A stretch of 48,796 nt of DNA from Elusimicrobiota bacterium (GCA_027340875.1 DAIENX010000024.1:1-48796), one strand, 5' to 3'; positions 1-11,217 are shown, counted from the stretch's first letter. A program made the numbers and translations. The notes: generated from the letters alone by a model not told the origin.

Positions 1-456
1 GTCTTCAACGGCCTCTACATCAATTTCCTGGCCCCGGTGATCATTGCCAAGCGCACCGCCAGGGTGATGGGGGCCACGCTGCTCGGGGCGGCCGTCAACG
101 TGGCAGCCAACCTCGTCCTGATCCCGCGCTTCGGCATGCTCGGCGCCGCCTGGGCCACTTTCGCGGCCTATTTCTGCATGGCCATCTTCATGTACCTGGC
201 CGGCCGCGGTTTTTACCATGTGCCGTACGAATGGGGCCGCTCGCTGGCGGCTATCGGGGCCGGCGCGCTGCTCACCTGCGGCATGCTCTTCTCGTCGTAT
301 ATCCCGGCCGCGGCCTGGCTCGGGCTGCGCCTGGTCCTGTTCCTCGCCGTCTTCCCCCTCTTCTGCTGGAGCCTGCTGGCCCCCGGCGAAAAGGAAGCCT
401 TCCTGTCCGTCATCGGCAGGCGAGGCCCTTCGGTCCCGGAGGGAGCCGGGACCTAA
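1..456 (+). CDS. Polysaccharide flippase / MATE-like membrane protein, 3' part (runs off the window start)
   Basis: Frame is open from base 1. NVAANLVLIPRFGMLGAAWAT matches the Wzx/polysaccharide-biosynthesis C-terminal motif. Several TM segments. Confidence 0.8.
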   Translation, partial: VFNGLYINFLAPVIIAKRTARVMGATLLGAAVNVAANLVLIPRFGMLGAAWATFAAYFCMAIFMYLAGRGFYHVPYEWGRSLAAIGAGALLTCGMLFSSYIPAAAWLGLRLVLFLAVFPLFCWSLLAPGEKEAFLSVIGRRGPSVPEGAGT

Positions 457-498
457 GGCACTTCCGCCTGAACCCCGAGCCGCCTATAATCTAACTGC

Positions 499-1755
499 AT
501 GCTCCTGTCCCTGTACCTGCTAAGCCGCCTGCTGCAGCCGCTTCCCGCGAGCGCGCAGCCAGCCCTCCCGCAGCTGCCGCCCGCGGCCGGGGACCCCCCC
601 CGCGTCGCCGAGCCGTCGCCAGCCGGGGCGGCCGGCTGGACGGTGCTTTATTTCATGAACGGCAAGAACGACCTCGAGAGCTCCGCGCTGATGGACATGA
701 ACCAGCTGGAACTGTCGGGAAGTACGCCGGAGCTGAACATCGTGGCGGAAATGGGCCGCATGAACGGGCAGGAGTACGACGACAACTCCGATGGCGACTG
801 GACCGGGGTGCGCCGCTACCTCGTGACGAAGGACACCGACACCGCGCGCATCGCCTCCCCGGTCCTGGAGCACCGCGCCGCGGCGGACATGGGCTCCTGG
901 AAGGAGCTGGCCGATTTCCTGCGCTGGGCCAAGGCGGCCTATCCCGCCCGCCGCTACGCCCTGGTGCTCTGGGACCACGGCAACGGCTGGGAACCGGTGG
1001 ACCAGGCCAACGCGGGCGGCTTTTACGACCTCAAGGGCTTCTCGCTGGACGAGGAGACCGGCCACGAATTCTCGCTGCCGCAGATGGCGGAGGCCCTGCG
1101 CCGCGCCGGAGGCGTGGATTTCCTGATGCTGGACGGCTGCAACATGGGGATGGCCGAGGTGGCCTACGAGCTGAAGGATTCGGCCCGCGCCATGACGGCC
1201 TCCGAGGAGACCGAGCCCGGGGTGGTGGTGCGCTACGCACAGTTCCTGGGCATGCTGAACGCCAGGCCGCAGATGGACGCCGAGGAGCTGGCTTCGAATA
1301 CGGTGAAGACCTACCGGGACTTCTTTCTCGGCATGGCCGGGGACAACGAGGGCGCGCCGGCCACGCAGTCGGCGGTGCGGCTTTACGAGATGAGGGCTTT
1401 CCGGGAGAAGCTGGACGCCTGGGCCGGGGCGGCCATGAAGGCCGATCCCGCGGCGCTCAGGCTCGCGGCCGCCAGGGCCAAGTTCTTCGGCGAGTACGCC
1501 CCGTACAAGGACCTCTGCGACTTCGTATCGCTGGCCGGAGAGGCCTCCGGAGACCCGCGCCTGAAAGCGCTGGGCCGCGAGCTGGTCTCCTTCGTGAAGG
1601 ACCGGCTGGTCATAGAGAACTGGGCGCAGGACGCCGTGAGCCACGGCGTGGCGATAGACGTGCCGTCCAGTTACGATGACCTTTACGACGGGCTGTCCCT
1701 GTCCCGCGACTCCGTCTGGGACGACTTTGCCCGCCTGATGGCTTCCCTTAAATAG
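499..1755 (+). CDS. Clostripain-family (C11) cysteine peptidase, probably exported
   Basis: WTVLYFMNGKNDLE, ADMGSWKELADFLRWAKAAYPARRYALVLWDHGNGW (catalytic His), LDGCNM (catalytic Cys), ASEETEPG. Confidence 0.9.
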   Translation: MLLSLYLLSRLLQPLPASAQPALPQLPPAAGDPPRVAEPSPAGAAGWTVLYFMNGKNDLESSALMDMNQLELSGSTPELNIVAEMGRMNGQEYDDNSDGDWTGVRRYLVTKDTDTARIASPVLEHRAAADMGSWKELADFLRWAKAAYPARRYALVLWDHGNGWEPVDQANAGGFYDLKGFSLDEETGHEFSLPQMAEALRRAGGVDFLMLDGCNMGMAEVAYELKDSARAMTASEETEPGVVVRYAQFLGMLNARPQMDAEELASNTVKTYRDFFLGMAGDNEGAPATQSAVRLYEMRAFREKLDAWAGAAMKADPAALRLAAARAKFFGEYAPYKDLCDFVSLAGEASGDPRLKALGRELVSFVKDRLVIENWAQDAVSHGVAIDVPSSYDDLYDGLSLSRDSVWDDFARLMASLK

Positions 1756-1780
1756 AAAAGCCGGCTTCCGCCGGCTTTTT
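1756..1780. terminator. Bidirectional intrinsic terminator
   Basis: AAAAGCCGGC-TTCC-GCCGGCTTTTT between convergent genes. Confidence 0.85.
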
Positions 1781-1800
1781 CCGCTATCCCAGACGTCCGA

Positions 1801-2555
1801 TCATTTTTCCTGCTGCAGGCGGCCGAAGGCGGCCACCCCTAACGCCGCTGCGGCCAGGCAGAACAACGCTATCGCGCCCAGGTCCACCCACGCCGGGAAG
1901 TGCCCCTGGCCGAGCATGATTATCCTCATCAGGTCCACCGCGTAGGTGACCGGGTCGAACAGGCTCACCGTCCTGATGTAGGGAGCCGCCGTGCCCAGGT
2001 CGAACAGCGCCCCGCTGAAGAAGAACATCGGCCAGGTCAGGAAGCTCATCACCAGGCCGAAACCCTCCATCGACTTCATCTTGGCGCCTATCGTCAGGCC
2101 CACGCCCGTTATCATGAACGAGACCGGCACGGCCGCGGCCAGCGCCAGCAGGGCCTGCAGCGGGCCAGTCGGGAGGATGAAGAAGGCCCCGATCAGCAGC
2201 AGCAGCGCGGTCTCCACCAGCGCGCCCAGCATGCCGCCCAGCGTCTTGCCGATGAACAGCGTGGAGCGCGGTATCGGGGCGGCGAGGACCTCCTTAAGGA
2301 AGTCCAGGCGCTTGTCCCAGATGATGTAGAGTCCGTAGGTTATGGAAGTGAACAGCAGCACCATAGCTATGATGCCGGGGAAGATGAACTGCTGGTAGGA
2401 ATAGCCGGGCACCGGGCTGTGGCCGCCGCCGAGGCCCTTGCCCATCACTAACAGGAACAGCAGCGGCGAGACCAGTATCGCGGCTATGCGCTCCCTCTCG
2501 CGGAAGAAGATCTTGGCTTCCCGGAGCAGCAGCGCGTAGGCGGCGTTGAAGTTGC

Positions 2556-2559
<4 letters not shown>
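1801..2559 (-). CDS. ABC-2 type exporter permease
   Basis: About 6 TM helices, YQQFIFPGIIAM, FFSGALF, DPVTYAVDLMR. Overlaps the ATPase stop codon. Confidence 0.92.
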
Positions 2560-3530
<971 letters not shown>

Positions 3531-3632
3531 CTTTTATATTCTATCAAATCGGTCCTGCGCGGATAATGCGGTACGATTGACCGCATGCCGCTAATGGCAT
3601 ATACTAGGCGGAGATAGCCCGAATACCCCCTT

Positions 3633-4433
3633 ATGAACATGAAGGAACGCCTCGCGTCCGGCCTGCTGGTCCTGCTGGCCGTGCTGACGGCGGCCGGCTG
3701 TTCCACCATGGCCGACGGCCGCCGCAGGGCCGACGGCGCCACGCTCAGGCCGGGCTGGGCGCGTACGGGCCGGGCAGCTAAGGCCGCCCTGCTGCGTCCG
3801 GAGGTCTGGGTACCGGCCGCCGGGGCTCTTGTCATCGGCGCGGCCGGCGCCGATAAGAGGATCTCCTCCTGGGCTTCCTCGAAAACGCCGGTATACGGCT
3901 CGACCGACAAGGCCAGGAAGGCCAGCAATACCCTTATCTCGGTCTCCAACGCCGCCTACTGGGCCAGCGTCGCGGCCGCGCCGTCGGGCCCATACGGGAA
4001 CGCCTGGCTCTATGACAAGGCCAAGACCGCCGCCGCGGGCGTGGCGGCCAATACCGCCGCTTTCCAGGCCACGCTCTCGCTGCAGAGGATGGTGGGCAGG
4101 CAGCGGCCCAACGGCGCCGGCAGGAGCAGTTTCCCCTCGCTGCACACGGCCTACGCCGCTTCCCAGACCATGTCGGCCTGGACCAATTTCGAATCTCTTC
4201 GGCTGGGCGGAACTGAGCGCGCGCTTATCCGGGGCGGGCTGGACGCCGTCCCGCTGGCCACTGCCTGGGCCAGGGTGGAGGCCAAGGCCCATTACCCGTC
4301 GGACACGCTGGCGGCCATGGCGCTGTCCTCCTTCCTCAGCTCCTTCGTCGCGGAGACGTTTCTCGGCGGCGCCCCGCTGCGGACGGAAGTTCTCGGGCGG
4401 ACGCCGGTCCTCGTATACCGAGCCCGTTTCTGA
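3633..4433 (+). CDS. PAP2-family phosphatase-like lipoprotein
   Basis: Lipobox AAGC. PAP2 motifs RQRP, SFPSLH and ARVEAKAHYPSD. Confidence 0.8.
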   Translation: MNMKERLASGLLVLLAVLTAAGCSTMADGRRRADGATLRPGWARTGRAAKAALLRPEVWVPAAGALVIGAAGADKRISSWASSKTPVYGSTDKARKASNTLISVSNAAYWASVAAAPSGPYGNAWLYDKAKTAAAGVAANTAAFQATLSLQRMVGRQRPNGAGRSSFPSLHTAYAASQTMSAWTNFESLRLGGTERALIRGGLDAVPLATAWARVEAKAHYPSDTLAAMALSSFLSSFVAETFLGGAPLRTEVLGRTPVLVYRARF

Positions 4434-4440
4434 CCTCCCC

Positions 4441-4471
4441 AAAAAAAGTCCCCGCCTTGCGGCGGGGACTT
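4441..4471. terminator. Intrinsic terminator (A-tract on the left, so stronger for the minus strand)
   Basis: AAAAAAAGTCCCCGCC-TTGC-GGCGGGGACTT between convergent genes. Confidence 0.8.
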
Positions 4472-4492
4472 GCGGCCGAGCTTTCGGTTTTC

Positions 4493-6037
4493 CTAGACCA
4501 GCAGGCCGAAGCTCGCGGCGAGCCCCGCGCGGGCCGGGAACTTCTTGCCGTCTATCTCGGTCTTTTCGCTCCCGATTACTCCGGACACGTCGAAGTGCAT
4601 GAACAGCAGGTTCAGGCCGGTGCCCAGCGTATAGGCAAGCTTGGAGTCTTTCTCAGCCATATTCTTCAGCAGCCCGGCGCGCAGCGGGATGTTGAACGCC
4701 TTCCTGTTGACGATGTTGATCTCGGTGCCTAGGGCCAGTTCGCGCGAATCGAAGCCCTTCACCGCGGTGTGGTTCTTGGTCACGTCCATGTCCGCCGCGA
4801 GCGTCCAGAACCTGGCGGGGTTCAGCGCTACGCCTAGGCGCGCCTGCCTGTCCAGCTTGTAGCTGCCTCCCACCGCGTCGGGCTGGTCGAACTTGGGGCT
4901 GTTGATGTTGCGCACCACCAGTCCTACCTTGGGGCTGAGCGGCGCGCGCGGGTACTTGGCCCGTACATTCCACAGCGCGCCGATGTCGGCCGCAGGCGCC
5001 CAGCTGGACTTCACGTCCTTGAGCTTGAAGGCGTCGGAGGTCTTGGACTCGGACAGGAAGTGGAACGTGGTGGAGGCCGTGCGGCCGTTCACCATCTTGA
5101 GGTTGCCGCCTATGGAGAGGCCGCTGAGCCAGTTGTCGGCGTTCCAGGCGTAGCCGGCGGCTATCTCCACGAACGAGGCCCCCGCCACCGTCAGGTTGGA
5201 GGTGTTCTGGGAGTACGGCTTGCCGCCCGCGGCGTTCTTGATTATCGGCGCTACCTGGGAAGCGTACTCGGACATCATGTTGGCCGAGTCGGCTATCTGC
5301 TGGTCCGTAACGCTGTTGGCAACCGAATAATTGACGAAAGCGTTCGCCAGCTTCGTGGGGGTGTTTATCGCGCCCAGACATCCGCCGCTTCCGCAGAGGA
5401 GGGTTTCCAGGTCGGTGAAGCCGATCGTGGTTATCGCGGCGGCCATCGTGGCGGCGGCGGCCTGTTCCTGCGAAGTCGCCGGGGACGCCGTATTGGCCCC
5501 GGCGAAGCTTACGCCGCTCACGCCGGTCGCGGAGTTCAGCCCCACGTTGACCGTATCCACGAACGGGTTCAGACCCAGCGAGGTGTAGTTGTTGACCGAA
5601 AGGGCCACCTTGGAGAACTTGAAGTTCGCTCCGCCGGCAACTTCCAGGAGAGCACCTTTCCCGGGCTTGTTCATGTCGTCCATCAGGGATAGCGTCTTGG
5701 CGAAGGCCGCGATCTGCTGGGCGTCCACTGTGCCGCCGGAGTTCTGCGCCGACTGGATGGCGGAATAGCGGGACGCCAGGTCGCCTATCTGGCTGGCGTT
5801 CTTCACGATGCCGCCGGTGAATTCCGCGTTCACGCCCACAGGTATCTCCATGCCCGAGACGTTCTCGCTGCTCTTCACCAGGCCGGCCGGGTTCCAGTAC
5901 TGCGCTATCGGGCCCTGCGCCACCGCGACGAAGGCGCCTCCCATGCCCATCGGGCGGGTGCCTAGTATCTGCCACTGTTCGGCCGAGAGCGCCGCCGGCA
6001 TGGCAGCGCAGCACAGTAGAATAAGTAGTTTCCTCAT
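4493..6037 (-). CDS. TraF-like / FadL-like outer-membrane beta-barrel protein
   Basis: Signal peptide MRKLLILL.., then GTRPMGMGGAFVAVA..AQYWNPAGL, amphipathic C-terminal beta-strands. Start moved to the ATG at 6037 after a GGAGG RBS. Confidence 0.75.
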   Translation of the reverse strand: MRKLLILLCCAAMPAALSAEQWQILGTRPMGMGGAFVAVAQGPIAQYWNPAGLVKSSENVSGMEIPVGVNAEFTGGIVKNASQIGDLASRYSAIQSAQNSGGTVDAQQIAAFAKTLSLMDDMNKPGKGALLEVAGGANFKFSKVALSVNNYTSLGLNPFVDTVNVGLNSATGVSGVSFAGANTASPATSQEQAAAATMAAAITTIGFTDLETLLCGSGGCLGAINTPTKLANAFVNYSVANSVTDQQIADSANMMSEYASQVAPIIKNAAGGKPYSQNTSNLTVAGASFVEIAAGYAWNADNWLSGLSIGGNLKMVNGRTASTTFHFLSESKTSDAFKLKDVKSSWAPAADIGALWNVRAKYPRAPLSPKVGLVVRNINSPKFDQPDAVGGSYKLDRQARLGVALNPARFWTLAADMDVTKNHTAVKGFDSRELALGTEINIVNRKAFNIPLRAGLLKNMAEKDSKLAYTLGTGLNLLFMHFDVSGVIGSEKTEIDGKKFPARAGLAASFGLLV

Positions 6038-6131
6038 AAGCCTCCTTAATTGTTTTCCCGAACCGCGCAAAGTATAGTCTAACCCAGGCCGCGTAAGGAC
6101 GCAATAGCACGTTCGTCACATGTGACGCGGG

Positions 6132-6989
6132 TTACAGGTTCTTCAGGAAGAAGCCGCGAACGTGCTTTTCGTAATCGGATAGCGCCTTGTAGCGGGTCTC
6201 TCCGTGGCCCGCGCCCTTCACTATCCAGAGCTCTATTGCCGGGTTCGCCGCCTTTATGCGCTCCGAGCTGGAGTGGTCCACGGTCTCGTCCGCGTCGCCG
6301 TGTATCAGCAGCACCGGCGTGGTGATCCCGGCCGCGCTCTTCTCGGGGCTGACGTCGTCAATGTCGGACCCGGTCAGCAGCAGGCCCCAGAGCCGCATCG
6401 CGCCCACCAGCGGCTTCCGGAAGGCCCCGAAGGGGCTGAAAACGTCGTCGAGCGCCTCGCGCAGATTCGCGAAAGGCGAGTCCGCCACCCGGGCCTTTAT
6501 GGCCGGGTTGGTCGAAAGCAGCGTGGTCGCGGCCCCCATAGAAAAGCCGTAAACGCCGATGGACTCCATCCCCTTGTCCCGCAGCCAGGAGACGGCGGCG
6601 TCCACGTCGCGCGTTTCCCTGGCCCCTCCGGTGGAGAACATGCCGCCGCTGCGGCCCATGGCCCGGAAGTCTATATAGAGCAGGTTGAAGTCCTTGGCCA
6701 GATAAGACGTCAGACCGAGCACGTCGCTTTTGTCCATCGGGTAGCCGTGGCAGATCACCACCGCCTTGCGGGACCCTTCCCTGGGCACGAACCACGCGTC
6801 CAGCTTCACGCCGTCGGAGGTGGTCAGGGTCAGCGGCTCCGGCTTCAGGCCGAAGTTCTCCGGTTTGTTGTCTCCGACGTTGCGCCGCGGATGCACGTAG
6901 ACCCAGAGGGAGACGAACGAGATCGCGGCGAAAGCCAGGGCCGGGTAGACCACCAGCCGCCAGGCTATCTTGAAGAGCAGTGGGTTCAT
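6132..6989 (-). CDS. Membrane-anchored alpha/beta hydrolase
   Basis: N-terminal TM, CHGY, nucleophile GFSMG, HGDADETV, GAGH. Confidence 0.9.
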   Translation of the reverse strand: MNPLLFKIAWRLVVYPALAFAAISFVSLWVYVHPRRNVGDNKPENFGLKPEPLTLTTSDGVKLDAWFVPREGSRKAVVICHGYPMDKSDVLGLTSYLAKDFNLLYIDFRAMGRSGGMFSTGGARETRDVDAAVSWLRDKGMESIGVYGFSMGAATTLLSTNPAIKARVADSPFANLREALDDVFSPFGAFRKPLVGAMRLWGLLLTGSDIDDVSPEKSAAGITTPVLLIHGDADETVDHSSSERIKAANPAIELWIVKGAGHGETRYKALSDYEKHVRGFFLKNL

Positions 6990-7011
6990 CCTTCCTCCGG
7001 AGAGCGCCCCG

Positions 7012-7383
7012 CTACCAGACCCCTTTCGAGACCATGAAGCAGGCCTGCGTCACCTGGATGCCGTATTCCTTCGCCTTTGCCACGGCGGCTTCGGACTCCG
7101 AGCCGGGTTGCATCCAGACGTTCTTTATGCCGAGCTTATTGCATTCCTCCACTACTTTCTCGGTGACCTGCGGCGGGACCACGATTATCACCAGGTCCGG
7201 CAGCGACTCCAGTTCGGCCAGCGACTTGTAGACATGCCGGCCAAGCACGAAGCCGCCCTTCGGGTTGATCCCCTTAACGGGGAAACCGGCGTTGGCGAGG
7301 TCGCGGAAGATCCTGTGGCCGTACTTGGACGCGTCGTCGGAAACGCCCATTACCGCTATCAACTTGTATTGCCCCTTGTCCAT
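7012..7383 (-). CDS. CoA-binding protein (YccU-like)
   Basis: IAVMGVSDDASKYG, INPK, VWMQPGSES. Confidence 0.9.
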   Translation of the reverse strand: MDKGQYKLIAVMGVSDDASKYGHRIFRDLANAGFPVKGINPKGGFVLGRHVYKSLAELESLPDLVIIVVPPQVTEKVVEECNKLGIKNVWMQPGSESEAAVAKAKEYGIQVTQACFMVSKGVW

Positions 7384-7384
7384 A

Positions 7385-7840
7385 TCATCCCACCCTTCCG
7401 GCCGCCGTGCCGAGCTTCTCTTCCCATTCGGGCAGCTTAGGGAAATTGAATGCCCCCAGCGCCAGCGAAAAAGCCATGAAGAAGAAGGCTTCGCCGTATT
7501 TCCCCGCCAGCAGGAACAGCAGCAGGCCGGAGACCGCCGGCACTTCGCAGAGCGCGGCTTTGACGATGGCCGCCGCGGCCAGGCCCTTCGCGGTCCCTTC
7601 GGGGGTCTCCCTCGCGGCCTCCAGCCTGGCGGCCAGCGGCTTTATCAGCAGCAGCGGGCCTGCGGCCAGCGCGTAAAGGACGTAGCATACCGTCGCCGCG
7701 GCCTGTCCGGCCAGCGCGGGCCGGTAACCTGAGCGCGCCAGAAAGAACGCGGCCGCGCCGTAGGCGAGCACGGACAGCGTCATCCCGCCGGCCGCGGCCG
7801 CTGCGGGAAGATAGACGCTCTTTATCCGCTCCTTATCCAT
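7385..7840 (-). CDS. Hypothetical membrane protein (about 4 TM)
   Basis: Starts MDKERIKS after a GGAGG RBS. Hydrophobic helices. Lies within an operon. Confidence 0.7.
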   Translation of the reverse strand: MDKERIKSVYLPAAAAAGGMTLSVLAYGAAAFFLARSGYRPALAGQAAATVCYVLYALAAGPLLLIKPLAARLEAARETPEGTAKGLAAAAIVKAALCEVPAVSGLLLFLLAGKYGEAFFFMAFSLALGAFNFPKLPEWEEKLGTAAGRVG

Positions 7841-7856
7841 GTTTCCCCCTCCCCCG

Positions 7857-8468
7857 TCAATACTCGTAGAACTTAAGGCCTTCAGGGCCCGTGTGCGAGC
7901 AGTTAAGCAGCAGCAGGCCGTAGTTCTGCGAGCCTTTGTCCGAGAAATAGAGCCAGCCGCCTTCGTCACTTACGGCCTTGGGATAATCCTTATCGTATTT
8001 CTTCGAGTCCACCCGCTTCACCCCGGCGGTGGCCGCGTGGTCCGGCAGCGTCGCTTCCGGTATGGCCGCGAGGTAATCCGGCACCAGCTCCGCCAGGTCC
8101 TGCGGGTATTTTCCGTCGTGCACCCCGTAATAGACCTGCAGCGCGGCCCGCGCGGACTGCAGCAGCCGCACGGCATTCTCAGTCAGCAGGCGGTCCTCTT
8201 TCTCCTTCTCCCTCGCAGCGGCCTCCGCGAGTATCTTGTCGCCTATCGCGGCCCGCAGTCCGGCGTTGAAAACCTTCAGCTGCGGCATAAGGACGTCGAT
8301 GCGGTCCTGCGGGATCTCCGCGCCGCGCTCCTGCAGCAGGTCCAGGCCGCGCCTGGCCTCGGCTATCTCCGCAGAGACCGCGGCCGTGGAGGCGGCTGGC
8401 GGCTGCTGCGCCGCGGCGGGCACGCCGGTCAGCGCTGCCAGGGTCAGGGCGGCGGTCAGGCGGGCCAT
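7857..8468 (-). CDS. Exported protein with a pilin/pseudopilin(GspG)-like C-terminal domain
   Basis: Sec signal peptide. LQSARAALQVYYGVHDGKYPQDLAELVPDYL resembles the pseudopilin core. TGATG overlap with surE. Confidence 0.6.
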   Translation of the reverse strand: MARLTAALTLAALTGVPAAAQQPPAASTAAVSAEIAEARRGLDLLQERGAEIPQDRIDVLMPQLKVFNAGLRAAIGDKILAEAAAREKEKEDRLLTENAVRLLQSARAALQVYYGVHDGKYPQDLAELVPDYLAAIPEATLPDHAATAGVKRVDSKKYDKDYPKAVSDEGGWLYFSDKGSQNYGLLLLNCSHTGPEGLKFYEY

Positions 8469-9226
8469 CAAAGTCCCAGCCCCCATTCTTCCAGTTCCGG
8501 CATGAAGGAATAGTTGGTCAGGTCGAAATGTATCGGCGTCACGGAGACGTACCCGGAGCGCAGCGCGTTGAGGTCGGTCGCCGCGTTAGTGTCCACCGGC
8601 TTGAAGTCCCCGGTCATCCAGTAATACGTGCTGCCGTGCGGGTCCGTGCGCTTGTCGAACCAATCGTTGAAGCAGGTGCGGCTCTGGCTGGTGACGCGCA
8701 CCCCCTTCAGCCTGCGCGCCGGCAGGTTCGGCAGGTTGACGTTCAGCAGGGTTCCAGGCGGCAGGCCCCGGCGTCCCAGCTGGCGCGCCATCTTCAGCGC
8801 GAAAGCGGCTGACGGCCGGTAATCCGGCCTGACGAAGGTGTCGAGCGAGACCGCCATGGACGGTATGCCCAGCAGCGCGCCTTCGGTGGCGCCAGAGACG
8901 GTGCCGGAATAGAGTATGTTATAGGCCTGGTTCCCGCCCAGGTTTATGCCGGAGACCACCAGGTCCGGGCGGCGCTTCATTATGGCCTTGATGCCGAGCT
9001 TCACGCAGTCGGCCGGCGTGCCGCTGGCGGCGTAGCCGAAGAACTTCCCGTTGCGCCTGGCCTCGGTGACGCGCAAAGGGTCAGAGAGGGTTATCGCGTG
9101 GCCCACCGCGCTGCGCTGCGTGTCCGGCGCGACCACGGTCACGTTGCCGGCCTTCTTCAGGGCGCAGGCCAGCGCGTAGATGCCCTCGGCGTAGATGCCG
9201 TCGTCGTTGGTGATAAGTATTTCCAT
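8468..9226 (-). CDS. surE: 5'/3'-nucleotidase SurE
   Basis: ILITNDDGI, GTPADCV, VVSGINLG, YSGTVSGA, VSVTPI. Confidence 0.97.
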   Translation of the reverse strand: MEILITNDDGIYAEGIYALACALKKAGNVTVVAPDTQRSAVGHAITLSDPLRVTEARRNGKFFGYAASGTPADCVKLGIKAIMKRRPDLVVSGINLGGNQAYNILYSGTVSGATEGALLGIPSMAVSLDTFVRPDYRPSAAFALKMARQLGRRGLPPGTLLNVNLPNLPARRLKGVRVTSQSRTCFNDWFDKRTDPHGSTYYWMTGDFKPVDTNAATDLNALRSGYVSVTPIHFDLTNYSFMPELEEWGLGL

Positions 9227-9268
9227 CGTTGTTATTTTAACTTTAATCCTGCGCCCGGAACAGGGGCG

Positions 9269-9994
9269 TCAGTAGTTGACGATCACCGCCAGCGAGGTGG
9301 TGGCGTCGGTCTTGCCGAAGCCGGTCGCCGGAGAGTTCACGTACTTCCACGAGTAGGACGCCTTCAGCGAGAAATGGCTGTTTATCGTGCTCACCAGCGC
9401 GGTCTCCGCGTTCATCCGGTAGCCTTTCTGATCCTTCAGGTTGCCGAGGTACTCCAGGTCCTGGCTGGCGTTGGCGGTGGGCGAGAGCGTGCGGATGTAC
9501 TTGGCGTAGCCCCTGTAGGTGCTGAAGGACTGGTTGTCGGAGCGCAGGCGGTCCTCGAAGATGTAGCCGCCGCCGGCCTCGGCGAAGAGCTTGTCTGAAG
9601 GCGTCTTCAGGAGCTCGCGGCCCAAGCCGAGCGCCCACTCGTAGCGGTGCTTGATGCCCGAGAAGCGGTCCTTGTTCCAGCCGAATTTTTCGAAGGCGTA
9701 GTTGCTGTCGGAGAGCTTCAGGCTCACCTTCTCGGAAGCGTTGAACTGCTCGGCGGTCACGACCTTCCTGCTCTGGGTGCCCAGCCCCCCGGCGGCCACC
9801 TCCAGCGCGCTCCGGTTCCAGTCGTAATTGAAGAGGTTCTTCATGGAGAGGGTCGAGGTCTGGGTGTTGCCCGAGGTCTTGACGTAGGAGAGCTCGGCCG
9901 CGTCCTTCCACGGCTTCGGCTCCGGGGCAGGCCCCTGGGCCGAAGCCGCGGCGCAGGCGGCGAGCATGGAAAGCAGCAGGAATACGGTCTTCAT
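9269..9994 (-). CDS. DUF481 (YdiY-like) outer-membrane beta-barrel
   Basis: Signal peptide, W..AELSYVKTSGNT, KDRFSGIKHRY, terminal aromatic residue. Confidence 0.8.
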   Translation of the reverse strand: MKTVFLLLSMLAACAAASAQGPAPEPKPWKDAAELSYVKTSGNTQTSTLSMKNLFNYDWNRSALEVAAGGLGTQSRKVVTAEQFNASEKVSLKLSDSNYAFEKFGWNKDRFSGIKHRYEWALGLGRELLKTPSDKLFAEAGGGYIFEDRLRSDNQSFSTYRGYAKYIRTLSPTANASQDLEYLGNLKDQKGYRMNAETALVSTINSHFSLKASYSWKYVNSPATGFGKTDATTSLAVIVNY

Positions 9995-10036
9995 CGTCGT
10001 GGACTCCGGTGCTACGTGGATATGCGCGGAGAAGCG

Positions 10037-10450
10037 CTAGTGCATCGCCGGGCGGGTGTTCAGCAGCTTGTGCAGCAGCGCGCAGAGAGCGGCGGGCTTC
10101 ACCGGCTTCTCGAGGTATTCGCGCACGTTCGCCTCGTGAAGTATCATCTCCGAGGTGGAGCGGTCCATGGCCCGGCCGGTCATTATCACCACCGGGATGC
10201 CGCCGGTATTCTCGTCCTGCAGCTCGCGCACCACCTCGAAGCCGCCGGATTTTGGCAGCATCAGGTCCAGCAGTATCAGGTCGGGCGGCGGCTCCTGCCG
10301 GGCCTTCTGCAGCGCCTCTTCGCCGTCTATGGCCTCGGTCACCTTGAAACCTTCGCGGGCGAGGACTATCTTCAGCAGTTCCATTACCCCGCGGTCGTCC
10401 TCCACTATCAGGACCGTTTTTGAGGAGGGATACAGTGGCGTTTCCGGCAT
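10037..10450 (-). CDS. Stand-alone response regulator receiver
   Basis: VLIVEDD, LLDLMLP, MTG, KP. Start could instead be 10465. Confidence 0.9.
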   Translation of the reverse strand: MPETPLYPSSKTVLIVEDDRGVMELLKIVLAREGFKVTEAIDGEEALQKARQEPPPDLILLDLMLPKSGGFEVVRELQDENTGGIPVVIMTGRAMDRSTSEMILHEANVREYLEKPVKPAALCALLHKLLNTRPAMH

Positions 10451-10512
10451 ACTGTTATTTAACAAATTTTACGGAGGCTCTTAAAACTGTTGCGTCACAG
10501 CGCATCTCGGTA

Positions 10513-10896
10513 TCACTTCCCTTCCCGCGGGCCCAGGATGCCAGCCACCGTGCTGAGCAGCGATTTTTCGCTGAAAGGCTTGACCAGAAAATAGGCCGCC
10601 CCGAACATGGCCGCCCGCCTCTTTTCCGTCTCGAAAGACTTCGCCGACATCACCATGACAGGGATGTCCTTAAGGTGAGGATCGGCCTTGAGGGCCTTGC
10701 AGATGTCGAGTCCGGTGACCCCTGGCATCATGATATCGGTGATCACCAGCTTCGGCATGCCGGCCCTGACGGCGGCCACGGCTTCGCGGGATTCCGGCAC
10801 CAGCTGCACGGCATAGCCGGCGCCTGCCAGGATATCCCGTGATATCTCGCCCACCAGCGGGTCGTCCTCTACTATGATTATATCGGGTTTTGACAT
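10513..10896 (-). CDS. Stand-alone response regulator receiver
   Basis: IIVEDD, ITDIMMP, MSA, KPF. Confidence 0.92.
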   Translation of the reverse strand: MSKPDIIIVEDDPLVGEISRDILAGAGYAVQLVPESREAVAAVRAGMPKLVITDIMMPGVTGLDICKALKADPHLKDIPVMVMSAKSFETEKRRAAMFGAAYFLVKPFSEKSLLSTVAGILGPREGK

Positions 10897-11217
10897 AATA
10901 CTCGGCTTCGCGGGATGCCAGCGCCGGGGCTTGCTAGCTGCCGGCGCGCGGATATTTAGAATTGTATAGATTACGCTCTATCCGGTCAAATGCCGGACGG
11001 GAAAAGCGCGCCCGTTGTTCCATAATATAGCGCAAAATTAGGAACGACCTTACCTGGGTATCGGAATATAGGAAAAACCGCCTGGGACCAAATGACCTAT
11101 ATCTGTGATGGCATTTTTTCACTAAATCCCGGGACTTTCTGCTCTAGGTGCCCGCGCGGTATTCCGCTAGGATATAGTATAGATTCTCCGGGATCCCGGA
11201 ACACAGGGGTGCGTTAA

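Noticed and set aside
4493..6037. Conjugative element suggested by the TraF-like gene
   Set aside because: No other tra, relaxase or T4SS genes. The gene sits among housekeeping genes.
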